Under the pieces are notes generated by a model that ran no database searches, was not told the DNA's origin, and saw only the letters and a list, made by a program, of their open reading frames with translations. Shown piece by piece: positions 1 through 7,814 of a stretch of DNA of 31,354 bases. Position 1 is the first letter of the stretch; each line of letters begins with the position of its first letter. The stretch is from a virus (Duplodnaviria > Caudoviricetes), in IMG/VR virus record IMGVR_UViG_3300035633_000546, positions 1-31,354 of that record; one strand, written 5' to 3'. A program made the position numbers and the translations under genes.

Positions 1-240
1 AGGTCTTTCAGAGCAATACACTCAAAAAACATTATGGATAAGCTCAACTATATTTTTTGTATGCTTTAAGCGTTCGGCTATCATCCATTGAGTTAGAGTA
101 TCAATTTGACTTGGTGACATCTCAATACCTTGCAGTTTAGAGACCGCAATATTTAGTTCACCAATACCTTGGGTCATGTATTCAATACCATAATTGAGCT
201 TATCCATAATGTTTTTTGAGTGTATTGCTCTGAAAGACCT
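1..240. repeat. Perfect 47-bp inverted repeat (1-47 = reverse complement of 194-240); probable fold-back chimera at the window edge
   Basis: AGGTCTTTCAGAGCAATACACTCAAAAAACATTATGGATAAGCTCAA at 1-47 is the exact reverse complement of 194-240, which lies inside a coding region. Confidence 0.9.
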
Positions 241-591
241 TAATACAGTCCCGAATACATTGAGATTCAAGCATACATCTCTAAGTCCACCGTAGAATAA
301 ATATAATGCACTACTAAGGTCGTGACTATTTAATGCTATGAGCATGGGCTTGGTTTTATTGTCTTCAGTTAATCCGGGAATATTGACATATTCAGGGTGC
401 GTTAACATGACTGCATGCCGTGTGAATCCTACTTTTTCAGGCTTTCGTGCTTGAGCAACTTTTTGAGCGTATTCAGTCCACCCGTGCTGTTTAAAGGTAT
501 CTAGTAGGTCTCTAGTATTGACAAAACCATAAGTAGGTTTGGCCTTATCCATCGGTTTTACCTGTTCAATTGGGTTTGAAATAATATCCAT
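22..591 (-). CDS. DUF932/DUF945 (YafZ/YubP-like) protein; 3' end probably artefactual
   Basis: Motifs Y-x-F-V-N-T...GW, TRHAVML, LIALNSHDLSSA..L..G..R.VC.N typical of DUF932/945. ATG at 591 with AGGAG just upstream. The last residues come from the fold-back segment. Confidence 0.8.
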   Translation of the reverse strand: MDIISNPIEQVKPMDKAKPTYGFVNTRDLLDTFKQHGWTEYAQKVAQARKPEKVGFTRHAVMLTHPEYVNIPGLTEDNKTKPMLIALNSHDLSSALYLFYGGLRDVCLNLNVFGTVLRSFRAIHSKNIMDKLNYGIEYMTQGIGELNIAVSKLQGIEMSPSQIDTLTQWMIAERLKHTKNIVELIHNVF

Positions 592-601
592 AATTGTACT
601 C

Positions 602-676
602 CTAAAATCCAAGGGTTAATAAAACACTAATACCTAAGGCGTAAATAAATGCACAATATAAATATGTTCTAAGCAT
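602..676 (-). CDS. 24-aa hydrophobic peptide (MLRTYLYCAFIYALGISVLLTLGF)
   Basis: GGAG RBS upstream of ATG at 676; its TAG overlaps the AGGAG RBS of the next gene; first ORF after the sigma-54 motif. Confidence 0.6.
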   Translation of the reverse strand: MLRTYLYCAFIYALGISVLLTLGF

Positions 677-713
677 AATTTAACTCCAGTTATATTTTCT
701 AATATTTTATATA

Positions 714-729
714 AGCAAGCAGTGTGCCA
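714..729 (-). promoter_or_regulatory. Sigma-54 (RpoN) -24/-12 promoter
   Basis: Minus strand reads TGGCAC-ACTGC-TTGCT, an exact match to TGGCAC-N5-TTGCW, ~40 nt upstream of the first ATG and correctly oriented. Confidence 0.75.
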
Positions 730-735
730 CTATTT

Positions 736-750
736 GAAATCATTGATTTT
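736..750. promoter_or_regulatory. IHF-like site upstream of the sigma-54 promoter
   Basis: Minus strand AATCAATGATTTC vs consensus WATCAANNNNTTR (one mismatch), in an AT-rich context. Confidence 0.45.
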
Positions 751-756
751 TCATAA

Positions 757-777
757 TTCCTTAACATTTCCTTAACA
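757..777. promoter_or_regulatory. Direct repeat TTCCTTAACA x2 with 11-bp period (TTAA-N7-TTAAC)
   Basis: Copies at 757-766 and 768-777; geometry of OmpR/PhoB-family and CtrA-type boxes. Confidence 0.4.
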
Positions 778-784
778 ATTTATT

Positions 785-892
785 TGTATAACTTTTTTAT
801 ACCAATAAAATACTAAATTGGTATTTCTTAATAAATACATATATTTAATTGTACTGTCAAACTATTTTATATAATTGTCTAAGAACTTTACA
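785..892. promoter_or_regulatory. Three related 17-bp TGT-N11-AYA boxes (candidate enhancer-binding protein sites)
   Basis: TGTATAACTTTTTTATA (785-801), TGTCAAACTATTTTATA (855-871), TGTCTAAGAACTTTACA (876-892). Confidence 0.4.
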
Positions 893-1014
893 ACGAGTAT
901 ATACACACAAAATTATTTTAATACACTAAAGTAAACTAATACTAAATAGACTTATCCGAGTGTATATACATACACTTGTAACTAAATACCTGTAATCATT
1001 ACAATACCATACAA

Positions 1015-1181
1015 CCCCACAGCCCCACAGCCTCTACCCCACACACCCATTTGTTTCCTAAACTCAGGCTTAGATGAAGTAGTGATATTGCCATAAGTCT
1101 TTGTTTTCACTACGTCTTTGCCTGCAGGTAATATTCTAGACATTGGTAGGCCCGCGCGTACCGACCCGCCCGTTCCAACCC
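1015..1181. repeat. C-tract clusters (CCCCACAG tandem; CCC tracts) in the divergent intergenic region; candidate packaging/terminus region
   Basis: CCCCACAGCCCCACAG at 1015-1030 plus further C tracts to 1048; CCC tracts at 1151, 1165, 1169, 1179; upstream of terS. Confidence 0.4.
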
Positions 1182-1291
1182 TAATTATAGGTAGTGCCTT
1201 GAAAAAATCGCGGGGATATCAGCCACTTACATTGTCAATAAATTCAACAGCTTAGAATTTTTCGCGCAATACTACCGGCTGTATTTGTTTT

Positions 1292-1313
1292 GTGGTAGAA
1301 TTAAGTGGTAGAA
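1292..1313 (+). promoter_or_regulatory. Extended -10 promoter candidate for the morphogenesis operon
   Basis: TGG-TAGAAT at 1293-1301 with no good -35; GTGGTAGAA repeated at 1292 and 1305. Confidence 0.4.
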
Positions 1314-1365
1314 AGGATGCAAATTTGGCACAAATTTGTTAAAAACATGCCAAAAGGAGTTGAAG

Positions 1366-1413
1366 ATGCCTTGCCCAGGAAAGAAAAAGAAGAAAAAACG
1401 ACCAAGGAAATAG
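1366..1413 (+). CDS. 15-aa Lys-rich micropeptide MPCPGKKKKKKRPRK
   Basis: AAGGAG 6 nt upstream of ATG 1366; TAG at 1411-1413 followed 2 nt later by the next ATG. Confidence 0.5.
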   Translation: MPCPGKKKKKKRPRK

Positions 1414-1415
1414 TT

Positions 1416-1571
1416 ATGGCGAATGGAAAAAAGAATAATTTAGGATTGGACCCAGAAAAAGTTAAAAAGTTTGAACAAGCATTTGGAAAAAAGCCCAAAC
1501 AGCCAAAAAAGCCGCCAAAGAAGGATAAAAAACAACAAAAGTCACTTTGGCAACGTGTAATAGGTAATTAA
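1416..1571 (+). CDS. Small Lys-rich hypothetical protein (MANGKK...)
   Basis: In-frame ATG at 1416 of ORF 1305..1571, with AAGGA upstream; stop abuts terS; start uncertain. Confidence 0.6.
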   Translation: MANGKKNNLGLDPEKVKKFEQAFGKKPKQPKKPPKKDKKQQKSLWQRVIGN

Positions 1572-1572
1572 C

Positions 1573-1962
1573 ATGCCTGGAAAAACTAAAAAACCTAAGA
1601 ATAACAATAGACAACTTCGCCAGCAAGCACAGCTGCATGATGATCTCGCAGAATTTGAGGAGTTTAGACGGGAAATTTTACCCATGCTGCGAAAGGATAT
1701 AGAGGCTGGGATGAGTGCTGAAGATATGTATGCGAAGTACCAAGCCCATGCCGCCGCGAGGGGAATAACGATTGCTATGACCGCCGCCGATGAAGGCAAG
1801 GCACTTGCCGCTGTGAAAGACATCCTAGACCGAAGCCAAGGCCGTGCCATTGAACGGAAAGAGAATGTTCATCGTTTTGACAAATTGTCAGATGAAGAAC
1901 TTGATGCAATGCTCTTAACAGAAATGGACGAAAAAGATGTCATCCTTGAAGACGAGGGTTAA
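1573..1962 (+). CDS. terS: Terminase small subunit (probable)
   Basis: 129 aa immediately upstream of and overlapping terL; helical with AVKDILDR..G.A and LSDEEL motifs typical of TerS. Confidence 0.7.
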   Translation: MPGKTKKPKNNNRQLRQQAQLHDDLAEFEEFRREILPMLRKDIEAGMSAEDMYAKYQAHAAARGITIAMTAADEGKALAAVKDILDRSQGRAIERKENVHRFDKLSDEELDAMLLTEMDEKDVILEDEG

Positions 1963-3493
1963 GAAATTAACTCGTAAGCAAAAGTTAGACCTACTCGACC
2001 TGAAGGAAGAGCGCCATCGTAGGGAGATTCAAAAGCCTTCCAATTACAAGCCCAATGAAGGGCAGACCCCCGTACATAAATGTGACAAAAAATTGCGCTG
2101 CGTGTTTTCCGGTAATGGTGCTGGGAAAACCGCCCTGGCTGTAAACGAGGTTATATGGGCGGCCAAAGGGTATAACCCCGTCCGGGATGAGTATACTCCT
2201 GTACCGATCAGGATAGTCGTCCTGCTTGACCATCCCGAAAAGGTAGCGGACGTTTGGCTGCCTGAAATTCGTAAATGGACCAGTTTAACTGACTGGACAA
2301 TCCAAAAACGTGGTAAACCTTATGTCACTCAGATGATTGCTCCTAATGGCTCTGAAATTTTGTTTATGTTTCACCAACAGGAGCCTACTCTGTTTGAATC
2401 AATTGAAGTTGACTTCGTAGTAGCTGATGAGCCGCCACCAAGGCATATTTATGTAGCCCTACGCCGTGGTGGTCGAAGAAAAGGCCGTGAATCTAAGTAT
2501 TTAATGATTGGTACCCCTATTAGTGGAAGCTGGTTACGTATAGAAATCTACGATCCTTGGGAAAAGGGTGAATTACCTGACACAGAATGCTTTAGATTTG
2601 GTACAATAGTAAATGAGAAGAACCTGGCCAGCGGCTATATTGAGTCCTTTTCTCGGGTTTTGAACGAGAAGGAAAAGCGCATCCGGCTTTACGGAGAATT
2701 CTTCGATTTAGAAGGTTTAGCCCTAGCCCATCTCTTTTCGCATGAAACGCATGTTATCAGATATGATAACTTGCATTGGAATACGTCTTGGCCTGTAGTT
2801 GTCGCAGTGGACCCCCATGCGTCTAAGCCCCACCATGCCCTAATGTTGGGAGTAGATCCCGATAATCGGATGTACGTTTTAAAGGAATTTTCAAGTAAAG
2901 CTATAGCTAGAGATTTTGCAAGGCAATTAAAGAAGTTTTATCAAGGATATAGGGTTATAGACCTTATTTGCGATAGCTTAGGTTCTGCTGAAAATACTGC
3001 TGGGGAAGGCTTTAAGTCGTTTATTCAAGTTCTCAATGAGGAAGGTGTGAGAATTCGTGCTACAACATGGGATGATAAATGTGATGAAGACTTCATTGAA
3101 CGAATTCGAACTGTGCTCAGTGTTCCGGAGGAACCTGACAATTTCGGTAAATGTATTCCGCAGTTACGCATCGTCGAAGGTAACGATGGTATAATTAAAG
3201 ACATTGAGAACGTCCAGTGGGTTAAATACCGCAACTTAGACGTATTTAAGCCCAAATTGGACATTTCACACAAGGATTTTTTAGCGTGCCTTAAGTACGC
3301 ATTGGCTTCTAACTTGACCTTTACCAAAACGAAGAGTAAAATCTATCGTAGAATCAAAGGTGCAGAAACATATGGAATAAGCTCTAATAAGCCAAATGCT
3401 GAGTATTACAAACGAAAGTTTGGTGTTAAGGCAGCAAAGGTATCAGGATATAGAAAGAAAAAGTCTCCAGTGGAGTCGTGGAAGGAGTGGTAA
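1937..3493 (+). CDS. terL: Terminase large subunit
   Basis: Walker A SGNGAGKT, Walker B FVVADE, coupling motif GTP, RNase H-like nuclease start VVAVDP; directly upstream of portal. Confidence 0.95.
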   Translation: MSSLKTRVKKLTRKQKLDLLDLKEERHRREIQKPSNYKPNEGQTPVHKCDKKLRCVFSGNGAGKTALAVNEVIWAAKGYNPVRDEYTPVPIRIVVLLDHPEKVADVWLPEIRKWTSLTDWTIQKRGKPYVTQMIAPNGSEILFMFHQQEPTLFESIEVDFVVADEPPPRHIYVALRRGGRRKGRESKYLMIGTPISGSWLRIEIYDPWEKGELPDTECFRFGTIVNEKNLASGYIESFSRVLNEKEKRIRLYGEFFDLEGLALAHLFSHETHVIRYDNLHWNTSWPVVVAVDPHASKPHHALMLGVDPDNRMYVLKEFSSKAIARDFARQLKKFYQGYRVIDLICDSLGSAENTAGEGFKSFIQVLNEEGVRIRATTWDDKCDEDFIERIRTVLSVPEEPDNFGKCIPQLRIVEGNDGIIKDIENVQWVKYRNLDVFKPKLDISHKDFLACLKYALASNLTFTKTKSKIYRRIKGAETYGISSNKPNAEYYKRKFGVKAAKVSGYRKKKSPVESWKEW

Positions 3494-5713
3494 ATGGCCG
3501 GATCAATTATTAATGATGACCATAAGGTTGCAAGACAAAGACGTAATCCCCTAAAAGACGATCCAGACCAGAATTTACAAGTTACTGTAAATAAGAGGGA
3601 ACAGCTGTTATCTTCTTTGGATAAGCGTGTTAAAGACCAGGAATTACACGATAAAGCGGTAAAATTGTGGGAAACCGGCAATGCTGACCGAACAAAGTGG
3701 TTACAGAGACAAGAACTTTATTTATCCGATTGGGATGAGCATTTAGAATCCTCGGCTGAAGGCCCATTTAACCAAGCCTCAACTTTACATATCCCAATGC
3801 CACTAATTGTAGTTAAAACACTACATGCTAGATTTTTGCAGGCTCTTATTGGTATAGATCCTCCCTTCCAAGCTAAACCAAGGAACCCCGGTAGTGTCAA
3901 TTCTGCCAAACGTGTACAAGATGTAACCAGATATATGCTTGATGAGCACGCCAATAATCGAAAAGGCGCATTTGAAGCTATTGATATGTGGATATGGGAC
4001 TGGGTAACTACTGGGGCCGGTTTAGTTAAGGTACGGTGGGATGCCAAGTTTAATCGTTATATTGATGTTGTCCCAAGACAGGTTGAAGGGCCACCAATTT
4101 TTGATGTTGGACCGGATGGTAATGAGATTTCAATCCCAACCGTTAGAACTGAATATGATGATGTTATTCGAACTGAGAAAACATGGGAAGGCCCAGTTTT
4201 CGAAAGGCTAGCTCCAGAAGATGTACTAATAATTGGTGGGGGAGACCCCCAAGATTCAGATGCAGTAATTCAGAGTACTATGATGACAGCTTCTGAGCTA
4301 TTAACATTAGCCGACCGTAAAATTTTTAATATCGAAGCAGTAAATAAGGTTCTTTCTTCTGGACCTGATAGTTACATTGATAATGAAGCATCAAATATTT
4401 ATCACCAGCGGTCTCGTAATGCTGGGCAATCTGATATTGATACTCCAGCTAGACTTGATAGATATAAAATTTTAGAATGTTACATGAAGGCAGATGTTGA
4501 TGGTTCTGGAATAAATAGTGATATTGTACTATGGGTACATCGTAGTTCTAGGACGTTGCTTCGCTCTACTTTTCTACATCGAATTACAAAAAATGGTAGA
4601 CGACCAATTTTTAAAACCGATTTTATAAGACGTCCAGGACAGGAATATGGAACAGGAATTTTAGAGGTAATTCATCCATTGTCCGTTGAAATGGACGCAA
4701 TGCATAATATGCGTATAGATTTTGGAACACTTTCCACTATGCCGTTTGGTTTTTATAGACCTACATCTAGTATCGACCCGGAGACTATTCAATTAGAACC
4801 CGGTGCATTAATACCAGTAGATAATCCACAGACTGATATATTTTTTCCACAATTAGGAAATAGAACAGCTTTTGGTATACAAGAAGAAGCCGCACTACAG
4901 CAGATGGTAGATAGGCTTACGGGTATTTCTGATTTAACATTAGGAGTTTTATCTAGCCAACAGGGTGCTACTAGAACTGCAACGGGTACAAGAGCACTAG
5001 TTGGTGAGTTAAGTGCCAATTTAGATGTATTTGTAAGGCGATTAAATATTACATGGAAACAGGTTTTAGAATATCTAGTAGATATGCTACAAGAAAAGTT
5101 ACCGTCAAATTTTGATTATAGAATTTTTGGAGATTCGAGTGCTAGGTATTGGGATAGGATCAATTCCCGAGAAGAAATTCGTGGAGATTTTGATATTGAA
5201 ATTTCTCCTAATTCTTCTAGTTCAAATCAACAACTCCTAGAACAAAGGGCAATGGAGTTGTTACAATTAACCAGTAATCCAATTGATTTGCAATTAGGCA
5301 TTATTACAGCTCAAGAACGATATGAAGCAATTAAGAATTTCTTAAAGGTTAGAGGAATTAAAGATTTTAGTCAATACGTCCGAGAACCTGCAGATTTAGA
5401 GCCTTGGATTACTCCAGAAGAAGAGGCAAATAAGGTATTACGGGGTGACCCTGTAGAAGTTACTCCAAATATGGACCACCAAGGTTTTATTAATTATGTG
5501 GAAATGATTAAAAAGGATGATTTAATTTTTGGGCAGTATGATGAAAATCAGGCAGTGATGCTTGAACAACAATCCAGAAAGCATGCACAAATGGTGAAGG
5601 CTTTGCAACAAATGCAGGCTCAACAGCAAAATATTGCACAAATGCAACAAAATATGAATTTAGGTACCCAATCACCGCAAGGTGGTTTAGGAATTCCTGG
5701 GGGCGGACAATAA
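3494..5713 (+). CDS. Portal protein (podovirus-type)
   Basis: 739 aa after TerL; YGTGI.E, EPGALIPV, TATG motifs and Gln-rich C-terminal barrel as in P22-like portals. Confidence 0.9.
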   Translation: MAGSIINDDHKVARQRRNPLKDDPDQNLQVTVNKREQLLSSLDKRVKDQELHDKAVKLWETGNADRTKWLQRQELYLSDWDEHLESSAEGPFNQASTLHIPMPLIVVKTLHARFLQALIGIDPPFQAKPRNPGSVNSAKRVQDVTRYMLDEHANNRKGAFEAIDMWIWDWVTTGAGLVKVRWDAKFNRYIDVVPRQVEGPPIFDVGPDGNEISIPTVRTEYDDVIRTEKTWEGPVFERLAPEDVLIIGGGDPQDSDAVIQSTMMTASELLTLADRKIFNIEAVNKVLSSGPDSYIDNEASNIYHQRSRNAGQSDIDTPARLDRYKILECYMKADVDGSGINSDIVLWVHRSSRTLLRSTFLHRITKNGRRPIFKTDFIRRPGQEYGTGILEVIHPLSVEMDAMHNMRIDFGTLSTMPFGFYRPTSSIDPETIQLEPGALIPVDNPQTDIFFPQLGNRTAFGIQEEAALQQMVDRLTGISDLTLGVLSSQQGATRTATGTRALVGELSANLDVFVRRLNITWKQVLEYLVDMLQEKLPSNFDYRIFGDSSARYWDRINSREEIRGDFDIEISPNSSSSNQQLLEQRAMELLQLTSNPIDLQLGIITAQERYEAIKNFLKVRGIKDFSQYVREPADLEPWITPEEEANKVLRGDPVEVTPNMDHQGFINYVEMIKKDDLIFGQYDENQAVMLEQQSRKHAQMVKALQQMQAQQQNIAQMQQNMNLGTQSPQGGLGIPGGGQ

Positions 5714-5850
5714 TGGCCAAATCCGGTGTAAATCGCTTGAAACAAAGCAAAAAACAGTCTAAAATGAAAGTAGAAGTGAAGGATGGCATTATAAGATTTC
5801 CAGGAAACAAAAGTGGTAAGAAAAAACAAAAAAATTCTAAGCGAGGATGA
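5713..5850 (+). CDS. 45-aa Lys-rich hypothetical protein (MAKSGVNRLKQSKKQSK...)
   Basis: TAATG coupling to the portal stop; open to TGA at 5848-5850; not in the supplied ORF track. Confidence 0.55.
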   Translation: MAKSGVNRLKQSKKQSKMKVEVKDGIIRFPGNKSGKKKQKNSKRG

Positions 5851-6088
5851 TTTAGTAGTATTGGATACCTTTGCTAGTTCTGATTCCTTTAAGGTTGTAA
5901 GTAAACTATTGGAAACATTAGCTTATGAACAACTCTTGGAAGTTTTGCACTACGACTTAAATAACGGAAGTGAGACACGTCTAGCATATACAAAAAAGAG
6001 TTCCGAGGGTGCAGAAAAATTAGTACGCGATTTTAAAATATTTTTGGACAAATTGCGTACAAAATCGGTTAACGGCGTAAGACGTTAA
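5813..6088 (+). CDS. Small hypothetical protein between portal and scaffold
   Basis: 91 aa helical ORF, GTG start, at a position commonly occupied in podovirus head modules. Confidence 0.65.
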   Translation: MVRKNKKILSEDDLVVLDTFASSDSFKVVSKLLETLAYEQLLEVLHYDLNNGSETRLAYTKKSSEGAEKLVRDFKIFLDKLRTKSVNGVRR

Positions 6089-6124
6089 AATCACGGCGAA
6101 TAACTCGCGTAACGAGGAGGAAAA

Positions 6125-6838
6125 ATGTCTGAAGAAACCAAAGTGGGGAAGTCCACTGACCAACCGCAGTCCGATGATTCCATAAACAATGTAAAAGCTG
6201 AGATGAATCGTAAATTCTCTAATTATGATGAAACTTTACAACAATTACAACAACAAAACCAACAAATATTAACACATTTACAAACACAAAAAGAAACACA
6301 AAAACCTACACAAAATGCGACACAATCTAATACTGAAAATTTAGGAGATCTCATTTATGATGACCCTAATCGAGCCGCTCAAATTCTTAAAGAACAGGCT
6401 AAAGCAGAGATTCAAAAAGAGCTTGCTACAAAAGAGGCTTTGCAACAAAAACAAACTAAAGTTTTATCGGATATTATGCAAGAATTTCCGGAAGTTAGTA
6501 ATGCGACACATCCCCTAACTAAACGAACCGTTGAAATATACAATAAGATGCCTGAAGAAGACCGTCAATCTCCAATGTCTTATAAAGTTGCCGTTATGGA
6601 AGCTGCAGCAGAATTAGGAATTAACCCATCCTCTCAAAGAGATGGGGATGACTTAGATTCCTTTACTGTTTCTGGCTCATCCTCAGATGTGTCTACTAAT
6701 AAGCACTCAAAAGTAGACAAAACGGCAGATGATGCAATGCTTAAATTTGCATCAATTATGGGATTAAATGTAGAAGACCCTAAAGTAGTAGAGCAATTAA
6801 ATAATAGAAAACGGTCTAGCTGGACACGATATAGATAG
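6125..6838 (+). CDS. Capsid scaffolding protein
   Basis: GAGGAGG RBS; Q/E/K-rich coiled coil; position between portal and capsid genes. Confidence 0.75.
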   Translation: MSEETKVGKSTDQPQSDDSINNVKAEMNRKFSNYDETLQQLQQQNQQILTHLQTQKETQKPTQNATQSNTENLGDLIYDDPNRAAQILKEQAKAEIQKELATKEALQQKQTKVLSDIMQEFPEVSNATHPLTKRTVEIYNKMPEEDRQSPMSYKVAVMEAAAELGINPSSQRDGDDLDSFTVSGSSSDVSTNKHSKVDKTADDAMLKFASIMGLNVEDPKVVEQLNNRKRSSWTRYR

Positions 6839-6848
6839 GAGAAAAATC

Positions 6849-7289
6849 ATGGCTAAATCAGGTAAAAAATTAATTAAAGAACAAGACCCATTTTTGAATC
6901 CAAATGATATTTTTGGGGATGCAACCAGCTTAAGCCCAGAATTGAAAAAAGAGTTGGAAGATCAAGGACTTGTACCTAGATGGGTTTCTTACAAACAAAT
7001 GAAGGCAATGGACGGCTATCATGCAAAAGGATGGCGTGTATATAAGCGTAAAAATGATGATATAATAGATAATCAAGAGTTCCGTCTTGGTGGAAGCCCG
7101 GATGGATACGTTAGACGTGGCGATATGGTTCTAGCGGTTAAAACAGTAGAAGACTGGAAACGGCACAAAGATTATTTGGCTGCTAAAGCTGAACGCTACA
7201 GTAAAAGCGTAAGAAAACAACAAGTTGACGATTTGCGTAAACTTGCTAAAGAATTAAACACAACAGTTGTTGAAGGTTATGATGACTAA
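6849..7289 (+). CDS. Head-module hypothetical protein
   Basis: AGGAG RBS; PRWV...GW.V...GDMVL pattern; between scaffold and capsid genes. Confidence 0.7.
   Translation: MAKSGKKLIKEQDPFLNPNDIFGDATSLSPELKKELEDQGLVPRWVSYKQMKAMDGYHAKGWRVYKRKNDDIIDNQEFRLGGSPDGYVRRGDMVLAVKTVEDWKRHKDYLAAKAERYSKSVRKQQVDDLRKLAKELNTTVVEGYDD
7058..7066 (+). promoter_or_regulatory. Possible internal extended -10 promoter for capsid genes
   Basis: TGA-TATAAT, ~240 nt upstream of the cement gene; lies within a CDS so may be chance. Confidence 0.3.
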
Positions 7290-7304
7290 TTAGGAGGTTT
7301 ATTC

Positions 7305-7790
7305 ATGGCTAATTTAGACCAACCAAGGGGCGCAGTTGCTAAAGGTGTTCCTCTTAGAGTAAATGTGTATGTAGCCGAATCTGCAATTTATCCTGGGGAT
7401 TTAGTGAAAAAGAATGCGAATGGTACTGTAGAGCCTGTTTCGGCTTCAACAGATGCCTGCATTGGTGCTTCTGTAGCATATGCTGCTTCTGGTGAATATT
7501 GCCAAGTGGCCGATCACCCAGACCAACTTTTTTATATGCAAGCAGATGAGGACGACATTGCGGACCAAGATGCCATTGGTCTTAACTATGAAATAGTCCC
7601 AACTGCAGCAGATTCTACTTATCGGATTTCCAGAATGGAATTAGACAGTGACAGTGGCAATACCACTGAAACACTTCCTCTAATGCTTATGGATATCGAC
7701 CGTAGAGCTGATAATGAATTTGGCGAATTTGTTGATTGTGTGGTTAAAATTAATAATCACCAATTAGCTAATAAATCCACTGGCGTTTAA
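7305..7790 (+). CDS. Capsid cement/decoration protein
   Basis: MANLDQPRG start, AIYPGDLV beta-tulip-like pattern; immediately upstream of MCP; AGGAGG RBS. Confidence 0.7.
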   Translation: MANLDQPRGAVAKGVPLRVNVYVAESAIYPGDLVKKNANGTVEPVSASTDACIGASVAYAASGEYCQVADHPDQLFYMQADEDDIADQDAIGLNYEIVPTAADSTYRISRMELDSDSGNTTETLPLMLMDIDRRADNEFGEFVDCVVKINNHQLANKSTGV

Positions 7791-7814
7791 CTAGGCTAAA
7801 AAGGAGTTTAGAAT

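Noticed and set aside
1-47. Covalently closed hairpin telomere
   Set aside because: The fold-back interrupts a gene and has a 146-nt unpaired spacer with junction microhomology; artefact is more likely
832-860. TTGACA on the minus strand as a sigma-70 -35
   Set aside because: The hexamer 17 nt away (TATTTA) is a weak -10; better explained as part of a TGT-N11-AYA box, though not excluded
1326-1352. Second sigma-54-like motifs (TGGCACAAATTTGTT on +, TGGCATGTTTTTAAC on -)
   Set aside because: No GC at the required -12 spacing
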